Shown piece by piece: positions 27,156 to 39,560 of a DNA stretch of 64,000 nt. The translations under genes were made by a program, and so were the position numbers. The DNA lies in assembly GCA_947481985.1 (NCBI GenBank), contig CANKIK010000001.1, positions 53,769-117,768 on the forward strand. The letters run 5' to 3'. A model generated the notes under the pieces. The model was not told where the DNA came from, searched no databases, and saw only the letters and a program-made list of their open reading frames with translations. This DNA is from Planctomycetaceae bacterium (lineage in GTDB: Bacteria > Planctomycetota > Planctomycetia > Pirellulales > UBA1268). Within the stretch, counting starts at the first letter, position 1. Every line of letters begins with the position of its first letter.

Positions 27156-27992
27156 ATGCCCCGCCCGTCGATCTGCCTCGGCGACACGGTCCTCTTGGCC
27201 GATGTTGGAAACAGTCGCATCAAGCTGGCGGTGGTCGAGGATCATGGATTTTCCATGGCCGGCGGAGCCCGTCGGCTGCCGACAGTCGGGCAGAGAAGGG
27301 ACATCGATTCCCGTGGCCTGCGCACGGCTCAACTGCGGGACTGGCTTCGCACTGCCGCGCCGTCCGCGGCGGTGATTCTCGTCGCCAGCGTCCATGACGC
27401 TGCTGCCGGTGTCCTGGAGATGGCGTTGGCGGAGGAATCGGCGACCGGCCACCGCCCGCTGCGCCAACGCCGTGTCGGGCACCACGACCTGCCGCTGATG
27501 ATCGACCTTGCCGAGCCGCACAGGGTGGGCATCGACAGGTTAGCGGCTGCCACGGCAGCGGCGTTGATCAAGCCGGCGGGGCAGGGCGCGATCGTCGTTG
27601 ATTGCGGGACGGCTGCCACGGTCGACATGCTCTCTGCCGACGGCAGATTTCTCGGCGGTGCCATCCTCCCCGGGCCCACGCTGATGGCACGGGCACTGGC
27701 GGAGGGCACGAGCAAACTGCCGGAGGTGAAGGCCCTCGAGCACGCGGACCCCCCGGCGATGCCCGGCCGGAATACGCAGGAGGCGATCGCCGCCGGGATC
27801 GGCTGGGGGATCCGCGGGGCGATCGGCAGGCTTGTCGCAGCGGCGCGACAGTCGCTCGGCGAAGGCACCCCCGTGATTCTCACCGGCGGCTGGAGGGCGG
27901 CGGTTCGAGATGCCGTCCCCGGGGCGATCGAGATGCCCGATCTGGTGCTCGCCGGTATCGCCATGGCTGCCGAACGGGCGTGCGGGCGTTGA
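27156..27992 (+). CDS. coaX: Type III pantothenate kinase
   Basis: ATG 27156 within track ORF 27114..27992. LLADVGNSRIKLAVV (DxGNS/T phosphate-1 motif), VGIDRLAAATAA, VVDCGTAATVD, ILPGPTLM. 278 aa. Confidence 0.85.
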   Translation: MPRPSICLGDTVLLADVGNSRIKLAVVEDHGFSMAGGARRLPTVGQRRDIDSRGLRTAQLRDWLRTAAPSAAVILVASVHDAAAGVLEMALAEESATGHRPLRQRRVGHHDLPLMIDLAEPHRVGIDRLAAATAAALIKPAGQGAIVVDCGTAATVDMLSADGRFLGGAILPGPTLMARALAEGTSKLPEVKALEHADPPAMPGRNTQEAIAAGIGWGIRGAIGRLVAAARQSLGEGTPVILTGGWRAAVRDAVPGAIEMPDLVLAGIAMAAERACGR

Positions 27993-28133
27993 ACGGATGC
28001 CGGCCCAATGCCGCTCAAGCCCAGTCGGTCGATTGGGGGAGGTGATTGGGCCGCCGTCGGAATTGCGGGTAGACTGCGTCACCGACGCCCCGCACACATT
28101 TTTCCGCCGCGTTTGCCGGTGAGAGTTCCCCCC

Positions 28134-28538
28134 ATGCCGACAGCTTCCCGCGATGCCGACTCCGATTCACCCCTTGCTCCAGCGCTTGAGAGGGCATTGG
28201 CCGCGGCGAAGGTTGCCGAGGAGAGCCGCGGCACCGACATCCGCGTTCTCGACCTCCGAGCGGTGACCCCGGTCTTCGACTACTTCGTGGTAGTGACTGG
28301 CGCGAGCCGCCGTCAGATCCACGCCATGGCCGATGAGATCCAGGCGGTCATGAAGAAGGAATGGCACGACCGGAAACGCGGTGCCGAGGGGTACGAGGAA
28401 GGGCGCTGGATCATCCTCGACTACGGTGATGTCGTCGTGCAATTGTTCGACGCAGAGGCCCGACAATATTGGGACCTCGAGCACCTCTGGAGTGAGGCCC
28501 GCCATGTGCCGCTCCCTACTGCCGGAGCGGCGACGTGA
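28134..28538 (+). CDS. rsfS: Ribosomal silencing factor RsfS (iojap family)
   Basis: ATG 28134 within track ORF 28008..28538. DIRVLDLRAVTPVFDYFVVVTGASRRQIHAMADEI...WIILDYGDVVVQLF...RQYWDLEHLW matches the RsfS pattern. Confidence 0.85.
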   Translation: MPTASRDADSDSPLAPALERALAAAKVAEESRGTDIRVLDLRAVTPVFDYFVVVTGASRRQIHAMADEIQAVMKKEWHDRKRGAEGYEEGRWIILDYGDVVVQLFDAEARQYWDLEHLWSEARHVPLPTAGAAT

Positions 28539-30379
28539 TGGCGACGCCGGGCGAAGGGGAGGCGGCTCCGGGGACATTCCGTGACCGGTTGAGGCGTTGT
28601 TTTTCGCACGCGCTTTGCGGCCTTGCCGACGACGGTGTGGTGGCGATCCCACGCGAGGATCTGTCGACTCTGATCGATCAGGTGCGGGAGACGGCCGACG
28701 CCAAGTTTGGCGACTACTCCGGCACGATGGCGATGGGGCTGGCTAAAAAGGCCGGCAGGAAGCCGCGTGAACTGGCCGTGGAGATCATCACCCGGCTTGC
28801 CAGGAGTCCTGAATTCGCTGCCATTTTTGAGCCGCCGGGCGATCCGGTTGGCCCTGGGTTCATCAATGTCACCGTCCGGGCGGATGCCCTCTCCGCCGCG
28901 GTTTTGGCCGCCTGCCGCGACGCCCGATTCGGCGTGCCAATCGTTGCCGATCCGGAGACGGTCGTCATCGATTTCAGTTCGCCGAACGTCGCCAAACCGA
29001 TGCACGTCGGACACATTCGCTCCACCGTGATCGGCGATGCGTTGGCGAGGATCCTCGCCTTTCGAGGCCACCGCACCATCACCGACAACCATCTCGGCGA
29101 CTGGGGTACGCAGTTCGGCATGATTCTCTGGGGATGGAAGCGATTCGGTGACGAGGCGGCCTTTGCCACGGATCCGACGGCCGAACTGGGACGGATCTAC
29201 CGGACGGTGCGGAAACTGACTGACGGCAAGCCCGACGAACTCTCCGCCGACTTGGGGCTGGCCGACTTGGCCGCGAAATACCCCGACGCGGGCCGCGAGG
29301 TGCTCCTCGAGACCGCGAGACTCCACGAGGGAGATGCCGAGAACAAGGCTCTCTGGGAGCGGTTCATGCCGGCATGCCTCGCTGACATCGAAAAGATCTA
29401 CCGGCGACTCGACGTCACGTTCGACCATCGGCTCGGCGAGAGTTTCTTCCACCCGTTCCTGGCGTTCGTCGTCGAGGATCTCCAACAGAAGGGACTGGCT
29501 CGGGAGAGCCGTGGCGCCATCGGCGTGTTTCTCGATGGCGACGACAAGCCCCCGTTCCTCGTCCGCAAGGCTGACGGTGCATTTCTCTATGCCACCACCG
29601 ATCTGGCGACGATCCAGTGGCGGCTGGCGCACTGGAAGCCGGACCGGATCCTGTACGTCGTCGACCACCGCCAGGGGCAGCACTTCGATCAACTCTTCCA
29701 AACCGCCCGCCGCTGGGGCTTGGGAGACGTCGACCTCGTCCATGTGGCGTTTGGTACTGTGCTTGGGGACGACGGCAGGCCGTTTAAGACTCGGGCCGGC
29801 GACACGGTTGGGCTGGAGTCGCTGCTCGATGAGGGAGTGGAGCGGGCGCTGGCTGTGGTGGCCACCGATGATGCGATGGCAACCGACGAACGGCAGCGGG
29901 TTGCCACAACGGTCGGCATCGGCGCCATCAAGTACGCCGATCTCAGCCAGAATCGGACCACGGACTACGTTTTCAGCTTCGACAAGATGCTCCAGCTCAC
30001 CGGCAACACCGCCGCCTACATGCAGTACGCGGTAGCCCGCGTGGAGGGAGTGCTGGAGAAGGGGGGGATCGACCGCGAAACACTGCGACGATCAGCCACA
30101 GAGATCCTTCTCGCCGATCCTAAAGAACGCGCGCTGGCCCTCGAGATCATGCGATTCGGGGAGGTGCTCGAGGATGTCGAGGCTGACTACCGGCCCAATC
30201 TGCTGACCGCTTGGCTGTTCGACCTCGCTGCCTGCTATTCGTCCTTCTACGATGCCCTCCCGATCCTGAAGGCATCCGAGCCCGAGCGAGCCAGTCGGCT
30301 TGCCCTCTGCGACCTGACTGGCCGCGTGCTCCGTCAGGGGCTCGAACTGCTCGGCATCGGCACCGTCCGCAAGATGTGA
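28538..30379 (+). CDS. argS: Arginine--tRNA ligase
   Basis: The ATG at 28538 overlaps the rsfS TGA; GTG 28535 is also possible. SSPNVAKPMHVGHIRSTVIGDA (HIGH-type motif), HLGDWGTQFGM, and a C-terminal DALR anticodon-binding region ending ...GIGTVRKM. Confidence 0.95.
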   Translation: MATPGEGEAAPGTFRDRLRRCFSHALCGLADDGVVAIPREDLSTLIDQVRETADAKFGDYSGTMAMGLAKKAGRKPRELAVEIITRLARSPEFAAIFEPPGDPVGPGFINVTVRADALSAAVLAACRDARFGVPIVADPETVVIDFSSPNVAKPMHVGHIRSTVIGDALARILAFRGHRTITDNHLGDWGTQFGMILWGWKRFGDEAAFATDPTAELGRIYRTVRKLTDGKPDELSADLGLADLAAKYPDAGREVLLETARLHEGDAENKALWERFMPACLADIEKIYRRLDVTFDHRLGESFFHPFLAFVVEDLQQKGLARESRGAIGVFLDGDDKPPFLVRKADGAFLYATTDLATIQWRLAHWKPDRILYVVDHRQGQHFDQLFQTARRWGLGDVDLVHVAFGTVLGDDGRPFKTRAGDTVGLESLLDEGVERALAVVATDDAMATDERQRVATTVGIGAIKYADLSQNRTTDYVFSFDKMLQLTGNTAAYMQYAVARVEGVLEKGGIDRETLRRSATEILLADPKERALALEIMRFGEVLEDVEADYRPNLLTAWLFDLAACYSSFYDALPILKASEPERASRLALCDLTGRVLRQGLELLGIGTVRKM

Positions 30380-30410
30380 CTGCCGCCGCCGCTCCCCGAG
30401 GAGTCTTCCC

Positions 30411-32510
<2,100 letters not shown>

Positions 32511-32719
32511 CATCCGTCTCGATTGGCCGTCACGGCGGAAAGCCCCGCTCGGGGCCGGCAGCGTGCTTCTCTTGAAGTCGAGGAGGGGGAACGCGGTGGC
32601 GAAGCCTCGAGCGTTCAAGCCGTTCGGGATCAAGAATGCTCTCGGCGAGTTGCCGCCGAGAGAAGAGCACCAACGCATCGACCCGGCGCAAGACCGGGAA
32701 GCCGATCGCCGGCCAGGGA

Positions 32720-33535
32720 TCATGCCGGCTTCGGCTTGGGGAGGGCTCGGGTTGAGCCGGTGGTGATGCCACCGTCGACGAGGAGGGTCTGGCCGGTGAC
32801 ATAGGCGCTGGCATCGGAGGCGAGAAACACGACCGCTCCGTCGAGGTCTTCGGCCTTTCCGGGCCGCTTGAGTGGGATCCTCTCCGTGAGGTATTCGATC
32901 CACTCCTGGTCACGGTACATGACGTCGTTCTGCGCAGTACGGAACCAGCCTGGAGCGAGGCAGTTGACGGTGATGCCGTGAGGGCCGAGATCGTCGGCGA
33001 GGCTCATCGTCATCTGCTTCACGCCGCCGCGGCTGGCTGAATACGGGGTCAGACCCGCATAGCCAAAGACGCTTGTCACGCTGCCGATGTTGATGATTCG
33101 CCCCTGCTTCCGTGGAATCATGTGGCGGGCCATCGCTTGGGCCATGAAAAATGTGCCGCGGAGATTGGTGTCGAGGACGGTGTTCCAGTCGTCCCAGGTG
33201 ATCTCGACTGCGGGCTTGCGGATGTTGCAACCGGCATTGTTGAGGAGGATGTCGATGGCGCCTCCGGTAGCGATCGCGGCCGCGGCGCACTCCCGGATGC
33301 TTGACTCACTCCGCAGGTCGAGGGGCAGGGGAAAGACCCGGTGTCCGTGGGATTCGAGGCTCCGGCGTGGCTCGACCAGGTCGTCAACTTTTCGGGAGGT
33401 GATCACCAGATCGGCCCCGGCCCGCGCCAATGCACCGGCCATCTGCAGGCCGAGTCCGCGGCTCGCGCCGGTGACGAGGGCCGTCCGTCCGGTCAGATCA
33501 AAGAGGGCGGGTCCAGTGGGTGAGGTGCGGCTCAT
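32720..33535 (-). CDS. SDR-family oxidoreductase (gluconate-5-dehydrogenase / FabG-like)
   Basis: 271 aa. VTGASRGLG (TGxxxGxG), LLNNAG, and the catalytic YSASRGGVK (YxxxK). Confidence 0.85.
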   Translation of the reverse strand: MSRTSPTGPALFDLTGRTALVTGASRGLGLQMAGALARAGADLVITSRKVDDLVEPRRSLESHGHRVFPLPLDLRSESSIRECAAAAIATGGAIDILLNNAGCNIRKPAVEITWDDWNTVLDTNLRGTFFMAQAMARHMIPRKQGRIINIGSVTSVFGYAGLTPYSASRGGVKQMTMSLADDLGPHGITVNCLAPGWFRTAQNDVMYRDQEWIEYLTERIPLKRPGKAEDLDGAVVFLASDASAYVTGQTLLVDGGITTGSTRALPKPKPA

Positions 33536-33567
33536 GGCCTGCTCCGGGGGCTGTCGGACTTTTTAAA

Positions 33568-34611
33568 TCAGGGCTTGAGGACGACTTTGACCAACCCCTG
33601 TTCTCGGTCATGGAGTCGGTGAAACCAATCGACACCCTCGCTGAGTGGTGCCACTTTACTGACGAAGCAGGAGAGGTCGACCCGCCCTTCCGCGACCAGT
33701 CGGATTGCCTCTGGATAACTGCCGGCTGACGAGCATGAGCCCTGGAGTCGCAATTGTCGGGTGACCACCAACTGCAGGGGCATCTCGATCAGCTGCGAGA
33801 CATTGCCAACCAGCACCACGGTACCGCCCCGAGTGGCAGCCTCGATGGCTGTCCTGACCGGTGCGCTGGCCCCCACCGCCTCAAAGACCACATCGGCCCC
33901 GTCGGTATCGGGGGTGGAAGTGCCCCATTTGGCGGCCTGAGCCCCGGCGTCGTCGCCAGCGAGAAACGTCTCGGTGGCCCCCAACGACCGAGCTTGCGAC
34001 AGCCGCCCCTCATCGAGATCGACAGCCGCGATCCGGGGAACACCGTAGGCACGCAGCGACGCCACGCAGGCCAGTCCAATCGGACCAGCACCGACCACCA
34101 CCGCGGAGCGCGTTGTGGGGCCGACATCGGCCAGATGGACGGCGTGGAGGGCGATCGTCAGTGGCTCGAGTAGGGCCGCGGCCACAAAGTCGAGTTGATC
34201 AGGAATGGGATAGACGATCCGCCGCGGAACCACCACAAACTCAGCGAAGCAGCCATGGCGACGGTATTGCCCGCAGGAGACCCCAAGGACTTGGCGAGAT
34301 GAGCAGAGATTCTCTCTCCCAGCACGGCAGTGGTCGCAGGACCCGCAAAACGCAGTGGAATCGAGGGCAACACGGGTCCCGATCGGCAGATCGACCACCC
34401 CACCACCGACCGATTCAACGATGCCGGCAGCCTCGTGGCCCATCACCAAAGGGGGAATTCGCCTCCCCGTCGAACCGTTCAATCCGTGCACATCACTCCC
34501 ACAGATCCCGCAGGCTGCGACGCGAATCCGGACCTCTCCTGGGCCGGGGAGAGGGGCCTCCATGTCGGTAAATTCAAGCACACTCGGCGCGGTAAGGAGA
34601 AGAACCTTCAT
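33568..34611 (-). CDS. Zinc-dependent medium-chain alcohol/polyol dehydrogenase (threonine/sorbitol dehydrogenase-like)
   Basis: 347 aa. CGICGSDVHG and GHEAAG (catalytic Zn), CGSCDHCRAGRENLC (structural Zn), VVGAGPIGL (Rossmann). 32 nt upstream of the SDR gene on the same strand. Confidence 0.85.
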   Translation of the reverse strand: MKVLLLTAPSVLEFTDMEAPLPGPGEVRIRVAACGICGSDVHGLNGSTGRRIPPLVMGHEAAGIVESVGGGVVDLPIGTRVALDSTAFCGSCDHCRAGRENLCSSRQVLGVSCGQYRRHGCFAEFVVVPRRIVYPIPDQLDFVAAALLEPLTIALHAVHLADVGPTTRSAVVVGAGPIGLACVASLRAYGVPRIAAVDLDEGRLSQARSLGATETFLAGDDAGAQAAKWGTSTPDTDGADVVFEAVGASAPVRTAIEAATRGGTVVLVGNVSQLIEMPLQLVVTRQLRLQGSCSSAGSYPEAIRLVAEGRVDLSCFVSKVAPLSEGVDWFHRLHDREQGLVKVVLKP

Positions 34612-34862
34612 AGGGCGTGTGATCCGTCATTCAGAGGGAAAGCAACTGCGACATACCGCTAAAATACGCGATGAGAGAGAGAAGCCAAGCGACTCCCCCC
34701 AGAAGCCGCAGTCATCGCAGGCGACTGTCAGCGTCAAAAAAACCATTTCAAACGGCTCCCTGGGGAAACGTGCAGGACGGGAGAGAAGACGGTCGATGAG
34801 GGGCAAAGCCAGCGACAAAGGGGCTCAAATCTGCAAAGAAGTGGCTTCGGCAGGCGAGCATG

Positions 34863-34891
34863 TTGACACCGTTGGGGGTCCGCCATACATT
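34863..34891 (+). promoter_or_regulatory. Candidate sigma70-type promoter for the S10 operon (TTGACA-N17-TACATT)
   Basis: ttgaca at 34863..34868, a 17-nt spacer, tacatt at 34886..34891. It sits in the lower-GC 600-bp non-coding region, ~320 nt upstream of the rpsJ start. This is a motif match only. Confidence 0.3.
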
Positions 34892-35214
34892 TGCCGCTTC
34901 GATCCCTCGAACGACGCCCGCGGCCCCGCAGGCCGCAGGAGGCAGTCGCGATCAGCCCTTCTCGGGGCTTTTCGTCGCCCCCGCCGGCTTGCCAGGCATG
35001 TTGATTGCCAGGAAAAGTCTTGGTGGGAGCGTTGCGGGCAAGGATCGAACGAATCAGAATGCCGTCGGTTATCTTTAGTGTGGAGTAGGGAATCAGGCCA
35101 GTGTCTCTGGCTGTAGGTGATCGCAAGCGACAAGTTCTGTCGGCACCAACCGGCAGGCTGTAAAAGCGGCAGAATTCAAGTCACTAGTTCGGAACGAAGT
35201 CAGGGGAGTGAGTC

Positions 35215-35541
35215 GTGGCAGGTCCAGCGCAGGAAATCATTCGCATCCGCATGGAAGCGTACGATCACAGCGTGCTCGATCAGAGCGCCGCAGAGATCGT
35301 CGACACTGCCAAGCGAACAAATTCTGAAGTTCACGGTCCGATTCCGCTGCCGACACGGATCGAGCGGTACACCGTTCTCTCTAGTCCGCATGTCGACAAA
35401 AAAGCCCGTCAGCAGTACGAGATCAGGACGCATAAGCGCGTCATTGATATCGTTCAGGCAACGGCAAAGACCATCGAAGCGCTCAATAAATTGAGCCTTC
35501 CTGCTGGCGTGGATATCAAAATCAAGGCTTCGTCGCGGTAG
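35215..35541 (+). CDS. rpsJ: 30S ribosomal protein S10
   Basis: GTG start preceded by ggggag. [71 protein letters not shown] is canonical S10. Confidence 0.95.
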   Translation: MAGPAQEIIRIRMEAYDHSVLDQSAAEIVDTAKRTNSEVHGPIPLPTRIERYTVLSSPHVDKKARQQYEIRTHKRVIDIVQATAKTIEALNKLSLPAGVDIKIKASSR

Positions 35542-35739
35542 TTTTATTCGGTTCTGGTTCGGTTTCCTACACTTTCAGGAGCGTCCGTTAAAGCATGCTT
35601 GGAAGGCGTTGTGGGTAAGGCTCGGGCATTGCCCGGGTGCTCCTGCAGCCAGCGACTTCGAGCGTGATTCAGAAACCTCCCTTGGTTGTGTCTGCCGCTT
35701 GGCGGACTTGGCTGTGGGGGAGTTTCGGCGACGTACAAC

Positions 35740-36531
35740 ATGGCTGCTCATCGACGATTCGGCCGAGCCAGCAAGGCTGACGGCCCTGCCCGTAAGGGTC
35801 TTCTTGGACGCAAAGTCGGCATGACGCAGGTGTTCGATGCTGACGGCACGGCTGTGCCTGTCACGGTGATCGAAGCCGGGCCTTGCAAGGTGCTTTGTCT
35901 GCGGACGCTCGACCGCGACGGCTATGCTGCCGTCCAGTTGGGCTTTCTCGATAAGCCCAGGCGGCTTGCGAGTCGGTCAATCCGAGGCCAGGTTGCGAGC
36001 CTGGAAAGCAAGCGTAGCAAGCGACGTGCTGAGGCGGGCGTTGCCCTCCTTGCCAAGCCAAATTGCGAACCCAAGCGGTTTGTTCGCGAGTTTCGCGGCG
36101 TTACCGAAGGTGTTGACGTCGGTCAGGATCTCACCGTCGAGGTCTTCGAGGGTGTAGCCCGTGTCGATGTGACGGGGACGACCAAGGGGCGCGGTACTGC
36201 TGGTGTCATGAAGCGACATGGCTTCAAGGGTCAGCGGGCCACGCACGGCGTCAAAAAGGTGCACCGTCACCAGGGTGGCACTGGGATGAATACTTCGCCC
36301 GCGCGTGTCTTCAAGGGCAAGCGCATGGCTGGGCGGTTTGGTAATGAACGTTCCACGATGCGGAATCTCAAGGTGGTTCGGGTCGACAAAGAGCACAACC
36401 TGCTCCTCGTCCGTGGTGCCGTACCGGGTCCCAATGGCTGTATGGTGGTGGTGCAGCAAACCAACTTGCTCAAGAAGGTCGCCGGCCCAGGGGCCCCGGC
36501 CGTTTCCAAGAAGAAGGCGGGTGCTCGGTGA
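35740..36531 (+). CDS. rplC: 50S ribosomal protein L3
   Basis: ATG 35740 within track ORF 35686..36531. GLLGRKVGMTQVFDADGTAVPVTVIEAGPC...GTTKGRGTAGVMKRHGFKG. It carries an internal insertion and a C-terminal tail relative to E. coli L3. Confidence 0.95.
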   Translation: MAAHRRFGRASKADGPARKGLLGRKVGMTQVFDADGTAVPVTVIEAGPCKVLCLRTLDRDGYAAVQLGFLDKPRRLASRSIRGQVASLESKRSKRRAEAGVALLAKPNCEPKRFVREFRGVTEGVDVGQDLTVEVFEGVARVDVTGTTKGRGTAGVMKRHGFKGQRATHGVKKVHRHQGGTGMNTSPARVFKGKRMAGRFGNERSTMRNLKVVRVDKEHNLLLVRGAVPGPNGCMVVVQQTNLLKKVAGPGAPAVSKKKAGAR

Positions 36532-37295
36532 AACTTGCCGTCTATGACATTACTGGTCGTGAGGTCGGTTCCTACGAAATCGATCCTGCCGAGTTGGCCC
36601 CGTCGGTCAATAAGCAACTCCTTCATGATGCCGTCGTGATGTACCAGGCGAATCTTCGCCAGGGGACTCATCGGACGAAGTCACGGGGTGAAGTCGCTGG
36701 GTCGACGAAAAAGCTCTACCGCCAGAAGGGCACTGGCAACGCTCGTGCTGGTGGCCGGCGCAGTGGTACCCGTCGTGGTGGCGGTCACATTTTTGCGAAG
36801 CGTCCCCGCGATTTTGGCTGGCGGATGCCCCGTAAGGCTCTTCAGGCGGCTGCCCGAATGGCGCTGGCGTCGAGAATCGTTGACGGTGAGGTTCGGCTCG
36901 TCGATTCGTTGGCTCTGGCTGCCCCAAAAACAGCCGTTATGTCAAAGTTTCTTGGCGCTCTTGGGATGACGGACCACACGGTGCTTGTGGCTCCCGAAAA
37001 GCACAACGACAACCTCTGGAAGTCGGCCCGCAACATCGAGGGAGTTTCGGTATCCCCTGTTGCTGATCTGAATGCTTGGACGATTCTCCGCCCTCGGAGA
37101 ATCGTCATGACCACTGCGGCTATCGAGTCTTTTAGGGCCGTCGTCGAGTCTCGGAGGACCACCCCCAGGGCGGCCGCCGGATCGGTGACGTCTGCAGCGA
37201 TTGCTGAACGGGGGGCAGTTGCCGCACCGAAGGCGATTGCCAAGCGGGGTGCCAAGAAGGCCTCTGCCGCACGCAAGACAACGCGAGGAGAGTAA
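36528..37295 (+). CDS. rplD: 50S ribosomal protein L4
   Basis: The GTG at 36528 overlaps the rplC stop (GTGA). RQGTHRTKSRGEVAGSTKKLYRQKGTGNARAGGRRSGTRRGGG. About 50 aa of C-terminal Ala/Lys-rich extension. Confidence 0.95.
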   Translation: MKLAVYDITGREVGSYEIDPAELAPSVNKQLLHDAVVMYQANLRQGTHRTKSRGEVAGSTKKLYRQKGTGNARAGGRRSGTRRGGGHIFAKRPRDFGWRMPRKALQAAARMALASRIVDGEVRLVDSLALAAPKTAVMSKFLGALGMTDHTVLVAPEKHNDNLWKSARNIEGVSVSPVADLNAWTILRPRRIVMTTAAIESFRAVVESRRTTPRAAAGSVTSAAIAERGAVAAPKAIAKRGAKKASAARKTTRGE

Positions 37296-37298
37296 TTT

Positions 37299-37619
37299 AT
37301 GGCAGTTCCAATACCTCCCCCCCCGATGTTCACCGCGCGGCTAGCGCCGCATCAGGTGATCGTCCGTCCGTTGGTCACTGAGAAGGGTATGCACCGGGCT
37401 CATCGGCACAACGCATATTCGTTCGAGGTTGTCACCGAGGCCAATAAGACGGACATCCGCCGTGCGGTTGAGGAGATGTTTAACGTCAAGGTTGAAAAGG
37501 TCGCCGTTGCGAATCGAATCGGCAAGGCTCGGCGGAGTCGAACGCGGAAGACCAGCACGAAGGCTTGGAAAAAGGCCGTTGTGACGCTGAAGCAAGACTT
37601 TAAGATCGATCTCTTCTGA
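37299..37619 (+). CDS. rplW: 50S ribosomal protein L23
   Basis: 106 aa. [25 protein letters not shown]...[21 protein letters not shown]. Confidence 0.95.
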   Translation: MAVPIPPPPMFTARLAPHQVIVRPLVTEKGMHRAHRHNAYSFEVVTEANKTDIRRAVEEMFNVKVEKVAVANRIGKARRSRTRKTSTKAWKKAVVTLKQDFKIDLF

Positions 37620-37707
37620 ATCTAAAAGCGGTCTCGGCCATGTTTGCGTGGCCGAAATTACCAACACCAACGTCGAGCAATTAGACACACCTGAGCGATT
37701 CGTAGCC

Positions 37708-38565
37708 ATGGGCATACGTACTTACAACCCGACCAGTCCAGGCCGGCGTAACTCCAGCGTTTCCGACTTCAAGGAGTTGACGCCCGGTGCGGTTGCGCCG
37801 AAGCAGTTGCGGGTCCGCAAGCACAAGACCGGCGGGCGGAACAATCAGGGCAAGATCACCTCCCGTCATCGCGGTGGTGGTCATATGCAGCACTATCGTT
37901 TGATCGATTTTCGCCGCAACAAGGATGGTGTTCCTGGTAAGGTCGACTCAATCCAGTACGATCCCAATCGCACCTGTCGCGTGGCGCTTATCGTCTACGC
38001 TGACGGTGAAAAGCGTTTCATTCTGGCTCCCGAGGGGCTGCTTGTCGGAGCGACAGTGCGAAGTGGTGCGGAGGCCGCGCCGGAAGTCGGCAACTGCTTG
38101 CCAATGTCGTCGATACCGCTTGGCATGCAGGTTCATAACGTCGAACTCCAGGCAGGTCGAGGTGGGCGGCTGTGCCGCTCGGCTGGATCTTCAGCCGTCC
38201 TGGTGGCAAGAGAGTCCCAGTGGGCTCAGTTGACATTGCCAAGCGGTGAAATCCGTCGCGTTCCGATCGCCTGCCGGGCCACGATTGGAGCAATCGGAAA
38301 TTCCGAGCACATGAACGTCGTGCTCGGCAAGGCGGGTCGCAAGCGATGGATGGGGATACGTCCGACGGTTCGCGGAACTGCGATGAATCCCATCGATCAC
38401 CCGCACGGTGGAGGCGAGGGTCGCACCAAGGGTGGCCGCCATCCTGTCAGTCCAACTGGCAAGAGTGCGAAGGGTGGCGGAACCCGCAAGCCCCGCAAGC
38501 CTTCTGGGGCAGCAATCATTCGCCGCCGGAAGAGCAAGCGGTACGGGCAGCTTAAGTTGCGCTAG
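37708..38565 (+). CDS. rplB: 50S ribosomal protein L2
   Basis: ATG 37708 within track ORF 37648..38565. [21 protein letters not shown]...[18 protein letters not shown]...[24 protein letters not shown]. Confidence 0.95.
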   Translation: MGIRTYNPTSPGRRNSSVSDFKELTPGAVAPKQLRVRKHKTGGRNNQGKITSRHRGGGHMQHYRLIDFRRNKDGVPGKVDSIQYDPNRTCRVALIVYADGEKRFILAPEGLLVGATVRSGAEAAPEVGNCLPMSSIPLGMQVHNVELQAGRGGRLCRSAGSSAVLVARESQWAQLTLPSGEIRRVPIACRATIGAIGNSEHMNVVLGKAGRKRWMGIRPTVRGTAMNPIDHPHGGGEGRTKGGRHPVSPTGKSAKGGGTRKPRKPSGAAIIRRRKSKRYGQLKLR

Positions 38566-38687
38566 AGTTCATTCAGTTTACGGTCAAGCAATCAGCTTTC
38601 GAGCGGGCTGAGTCGGTAGTGAGTGGCGAAGCGGGAAACAGCTGGACACGAATCAGCAGGGGAGAGGCAAGGCCTCTCGGATGAATC

Positions 38688-38972
38688 ATGGGACGCAGTG
38701 CGAAAAAGGGGCCGTATGTCGACCCTAGGCTGTACGGCAAGGTCGAGGCTCAGCTCTCGGGAAGCAAACGCGACCCGATCAAGACTTGGTCGCGCGCCTG
38801 CACGATCGTGCCGGAATTTATCGGTCTGACGTTCATGGTTCACAACGGCAAGCTCCACATGAAGGTCTTTGTTACCGAAGACATGGTGGGCCACAAGCTC
38901 GGAGAGTTCGCCCCCACACGAACATTTCGTGGCCATGGCGGCAAGGTCAAGGAAGCCGCTCCGGGAAAGTAA
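38688..38972 (+). CDS. rpsS: 30S ribosomal protein S19
   Basis: 94 aa. [15 protein letters not shown]...[53 protein letters not shown]. Confidence 0.95.
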   Translation: MGRSAKKGPYVDPRLYGKVEAQLSGSKRDPIKTWSRACTIVPEFIGLTFMVHNGKLHMKVFVTEDMVGHKLGEFAPTRTFRGHGGKVKEAAPGK

Positions 38973-39109
38973 TCTTGCATTCGGCTGTTGCGTGGGATGG
39001 GGTAGTGCTGCAGTTAATACAGTTTTGAATTCAAGAATCGTCGTCAGTGAAGTTGGATTCGGTCATCAGTACAGACAGTTTCCGGCTCCGAACAGGAGCG
39101 AGGTGAAAG

Positions 39110-39448
39110 ATGCCGTACACAGCCATACACAAATTCGCCAGGATCAGTCCCCGCAAGGTGCGGGCACTGGCAAATCTGGTGCGAGGTAAGTTTGCCGACG
39201 AGGCGCTCGATATTCTCCGTTTCCAGCCCCATCGTGGCGCGCGGATGCTCGAGAAAGTCATTAAGAGTGCACTCGGCAACGCTGAGCACCAGCAGGCGAC
39301 GGGGGTCGATGACCTGGTGGTCATCGATGCACGCGTCGATGGTGGACCAATGATCAAACGCATCCGGCCTCGGGCTCGCGGGATGGCGTTTGGAGTCAAA
39401 CGGCGGATGTCGCATATTAAGGTGGCACTCGAGGCCCCGACGGAATGA
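39110..39448 (+). CDS. rplV: 50S ribosomal protein L22
   Basis: 112 aa. ARISPRKVRALANLVRGKFADEALDILRF...ARGMAFGVKRRMSHIKVAL. Confidence 0.95.
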   Translation: MPYTAIHKFARISPRKVRALANLVRGKFADEALDILRFQPHRGARMLEKVIKSALGNAEHQQATGVDDLVVIDARVDGGPMIKRIRPRARGMAFGVKRRMSHIKVALEAPTE

Positions 39449-39560
39449 CACGCAACGGCGCCGAGAAGGCCGTCTAACGAGTGCGTAAGGCAGTCTCTTG
39501 GCAGCGGATACGGTAGGTTTCGCGGGTCTCAGGCAACACGGTTAACGCAGGGCAATTACC

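Noticed and set aside
35021-35100. tRNA-like 3' end on the minus strand. The reverse complement reads ...GATTCGTTCGATCCTTGCCCGCAACGCTCCCACCA, with a TTCGATC T-loop-like heptamer and a terminal ACCA.
   Set aside because: The bases flanking the TTCGATC heptamer cannot pair into a 5-bp T-stem. No acceptor stem partner, D-arm or anticodon arm could be folded from the upstream ~75 nt. The resemblance is coincidental.
34355-35133. ORFs in the rpsJ upstream region: 34355..35116(+), 34734..35126(-), 34825..35133(-) and 34860..35078(+).
   Set aside because: The first mostly overlaps the dehydrogenase gene antisense. The others have Arg/Ser/Cys-rich junk-like composition, no RBS and no recognisable family. 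The region is better explained as promoter and leader.
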